From NCBI RefSeq assembly GCF_006345805.1, contig NC_043000.1:152892001-152956000 (forward strand): 64,000 bases of DNA, in the 5' to 3' direction. Positions 61,901-64,000 of this stretch are shown here, one piece after another. Within the stretch, counting starts at the first letter, position 1. Each line of letters opens with the position of its first letter. The notes under the pieces are model-generated. The model saw only the letters and a program-made list of their open reading frames with translations, had not been told where the DNA came from and ran no database searches. The translations under genes were made by a program, and so were the position numbers. The stretch is from Octopus sinensis. Taxonomy: Eukaryota.

Positions 61901-61921
61901 CCTATGTGTATATATTTGTGA
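58903..61921. repeat. 26-bp tandem satellite, about 116 units (GATTGAGCCTGTGTGTATATATTTGT)
   Basis: Direct reading. The 26-residue periodicity of the minus-strand ORFs equals 3 x 26 bp. Confidence 0.98.
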
Positions 61922-62534
61922 CTGTATCTGATTATGTATATAATTAGTAACTTTCATTGTTGTAGTCATTTGCTTGTAAAAATAACTTAAGGGTTTCCCT
62001 TTTAGAAGCTGATTCTATTTTAATGAATTCCACCATATTTAATAATGTCTCCATCTGCACATGGTTCTTCTTAATGATACTGTATGCAATATAAGAATGA
62101 TACTGCACACAATATAATGCTTTGTGGTATCTAGTTACGTCCTTTTATGTTCTGAGCTCAAGTTCTGTTAGAATTGGCTTTGTTTAGTATCTTTTCTAAA
62201 TTGATTCCTAAAGTAATCAACCAAATAATGGATGTTGATTTACTTGACTGTTGTTTTCCTTCAGATTTTAACTTTATATTGAAATAGTCATAACTGAGAA
62301 GCTATACCTTCTCATATTTTTCTGTCCTCTGCATGTGTCTCTTCCCAAACTTCTCTGTTGAACTTGTACCAAATTAGATTTGTCTGCAAAAGACCCCTAG
62401 GTGTTTTCTGGATACTTCCATATACAGCTATAAATAATAGTGACTTTCAGAGTTACCATGGTCATTTGAATGGTTTTTGAATGACCACAGCCAGTTCAGA
62501 AATTGCCAATTAAACGAAGTAATTAATAGGCATT

Positions 62535-62920
62535 TAATGATAATAATAAAACATTGTGTACAGTGCTCAGGTGCACTACAACTCATCTAAAGTGTATGTA
62601 TAATCAGGTGTAGTTTCGGTGGATTTCGGAAAGCATGAGGACCTTAAAGGATGCAGTGTCATGGCAGTCAACAACTGACGCAGGCAGTTTGTTCCATGCT
62701 TCAGCAACTCTGAGCGTGAAAAAATGTTTCCGAAAGTCATGGGAGCTGTGTTGTTTTCTGACATTGTAGGCATGTCCACGTGTGTTGGACACATGGAGAT
62801 CATAAAGGTGTTCAGTGTTGTTGTTGGTGAGGTGGTTGATAACTTTGTGGGTGTTTACCAAGTCCATCGCCAGATGCCGGAGCTGCTTATGTACATACAT
62901 CACAGCTAATGTTAGCATCT
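62535..62920 (-). mobile_element. CR1-clade LINE 3' end
   Basis: NTRGHAYNVRKQHSSHDFRKHFFTLRVAEAWNKLPASVV...FK, followed by a short UTR and an ATT-rich tail. Confidence 0.85.
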
Positions 62921-63149
62921 TGTTTTCATATTTAGTCTTAAAACACCCTTTTAATGGTTTACATTGATTAAGAGGTTAGGGAATAAGCTGAGGAAGAAAT
63001 TTCAATGCCCTGATTGGATAGACAGAGAGCAAACATTGAGAAGCTCTTTCGTCAATAACTGCTCAGGACATTTTCATTTCTTCTTCAAATACTGCTATAG
63101 TCTTTGGTTCAAAATATTCTATTTACAGCATTATTAAGAATGTGTCGCC

Positions 63150-63658
63150 TTACTGGTGCCTGTGCCGGTGGCATGTGTAAAAAGATTTGAGCGAGGTCAT
63201 TGCCAGTACCTATTTCTACCCACAAGGAGCTAAACACAGAGAGGACAAACAAGGACAGACAAACGGATTAAGTCAATTATATCGACCCCAGCGCATAACT
63301 GGTACTTATTTAATCGACCCTGAAAGGATGAAAGGCAAAGTCGATCTCGGCGGAATTTGAACTCAGAACGTAACTGCAGACGAAATACCACTAAGCATTT
63401 TGCCCGGTGTGCTAACGTTTCTGCCAGCTCGCTGCCTTGCCAGTCATTGCCAGTACCGCTTGACTGGCCCCCATGCCAGTGGCATGTGAAAGCACCCACT
63501 ACACTCCCAGAGTGGTTGGCGTTAGGAAGGGCATCCAGCTGTAGAAACTCTGCCAGATCAAGATTGGAGCCTGGTGCAGCCATCTGGTTCGCCAGCCCTC
63601 AGTCAAATCGTCCAACCCATGCTAGCATGGAAAGCGGACGTTAAACGATGATGATGAT
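63150..63658 (+). mobile_element. RTE-type 3' tail, subfamily C, interrupted by a SINE
   Basis: The tail resumes after the SINE and ends CGTTAAACGATGATG. Confidence 0.85.
63211..63442 (-). mobile_element. SINE family C inserted in an RTE tail
   Basis: 15-bp TSD GTCATTGCCAGTACC at 63196-63210 and 63443-63457. Confidence 0.9.
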
Positions 63659-64000
63659 TGTCAGTTCTTCAACCAAGCCACATTGTCATCACCACTATCG
63701 TTGTTGTCATCATTATCATTGTTGTTGTCGTCGTATCGACTGTCCTAGTATTAGTTGGGTGAGGCTTTCTGAGGTAGTATTCTATGGCTGTGTGCCCTCC
63801 TTGACTGAAAGCCTTATTTGTTTTTCAGTTAAGCTATTCTACTGCTCATTGGATGTTTCACTCATGAGCTGCAGGACATATGTGGGAGGTAGACAAAACT
63901 TCTCACTGCCTAAATCATGTCAATGTGAAGAAACACAGAGATACACTCACATTTATGATGAGCTTCTATACACTTTGAGCTTATCTTGTGTAAGACATCA

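Noticed and set aside
58823-61969. Long minus-strand ORFs (80-326 aa, TNIYTQAQSQ repeats)
   Set aside because: They are a by-product of a stop-free 26-bp satellite strand. There is no splice or promoter evidence.

Overview
This is eukaryotic, AT-rich (non-prokaryotic) DNA, very dense in repeats and microsatellites. The SINE/LINE families look like those of an octopus or other coleoid cephalopod; this is inferred from memory, not from a search. I can find no intact host gene, only a few unverified candidate exons. The window is a mosaic of transposable elements. It holds about 18 copies of an RTE-LINE 3' tail carrying a variable tandem hairpin array, three tRNA-derived SINE families and five Helitrons. 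It also has two mariners, a Tc1, a Tc3-like relic, a piggyBac deletion derivative with TTAA MITEs, two hAT MITEs, a Hero-type RLE LINE fragment, CR1 ends, a shredded Gypsy element with a 3' LTR and a 3-kb 26-bp satellite. The most interesting signals are: (1) three minimal hammerhead ribozyme motifs (17314-17356, 10881-10927, 43312-43354) in Penelope-like or foldback contexts; (2) a one-directional A/G divergence (40 A-to-G versus 0 G-to-A in three hand alignments) between homologous arms of the ribozyme-bearing block at 18.8-20.0 kb, which may be a fossil of deaminase editing; (3) a perfect 85-bp palindrome at the deletion junction of the piggyBac; (4) nested inverted duplications at 10.6-11.1 kb. 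All coordinates were counted by hand, and fuzzy ends may be off by tens of bases.
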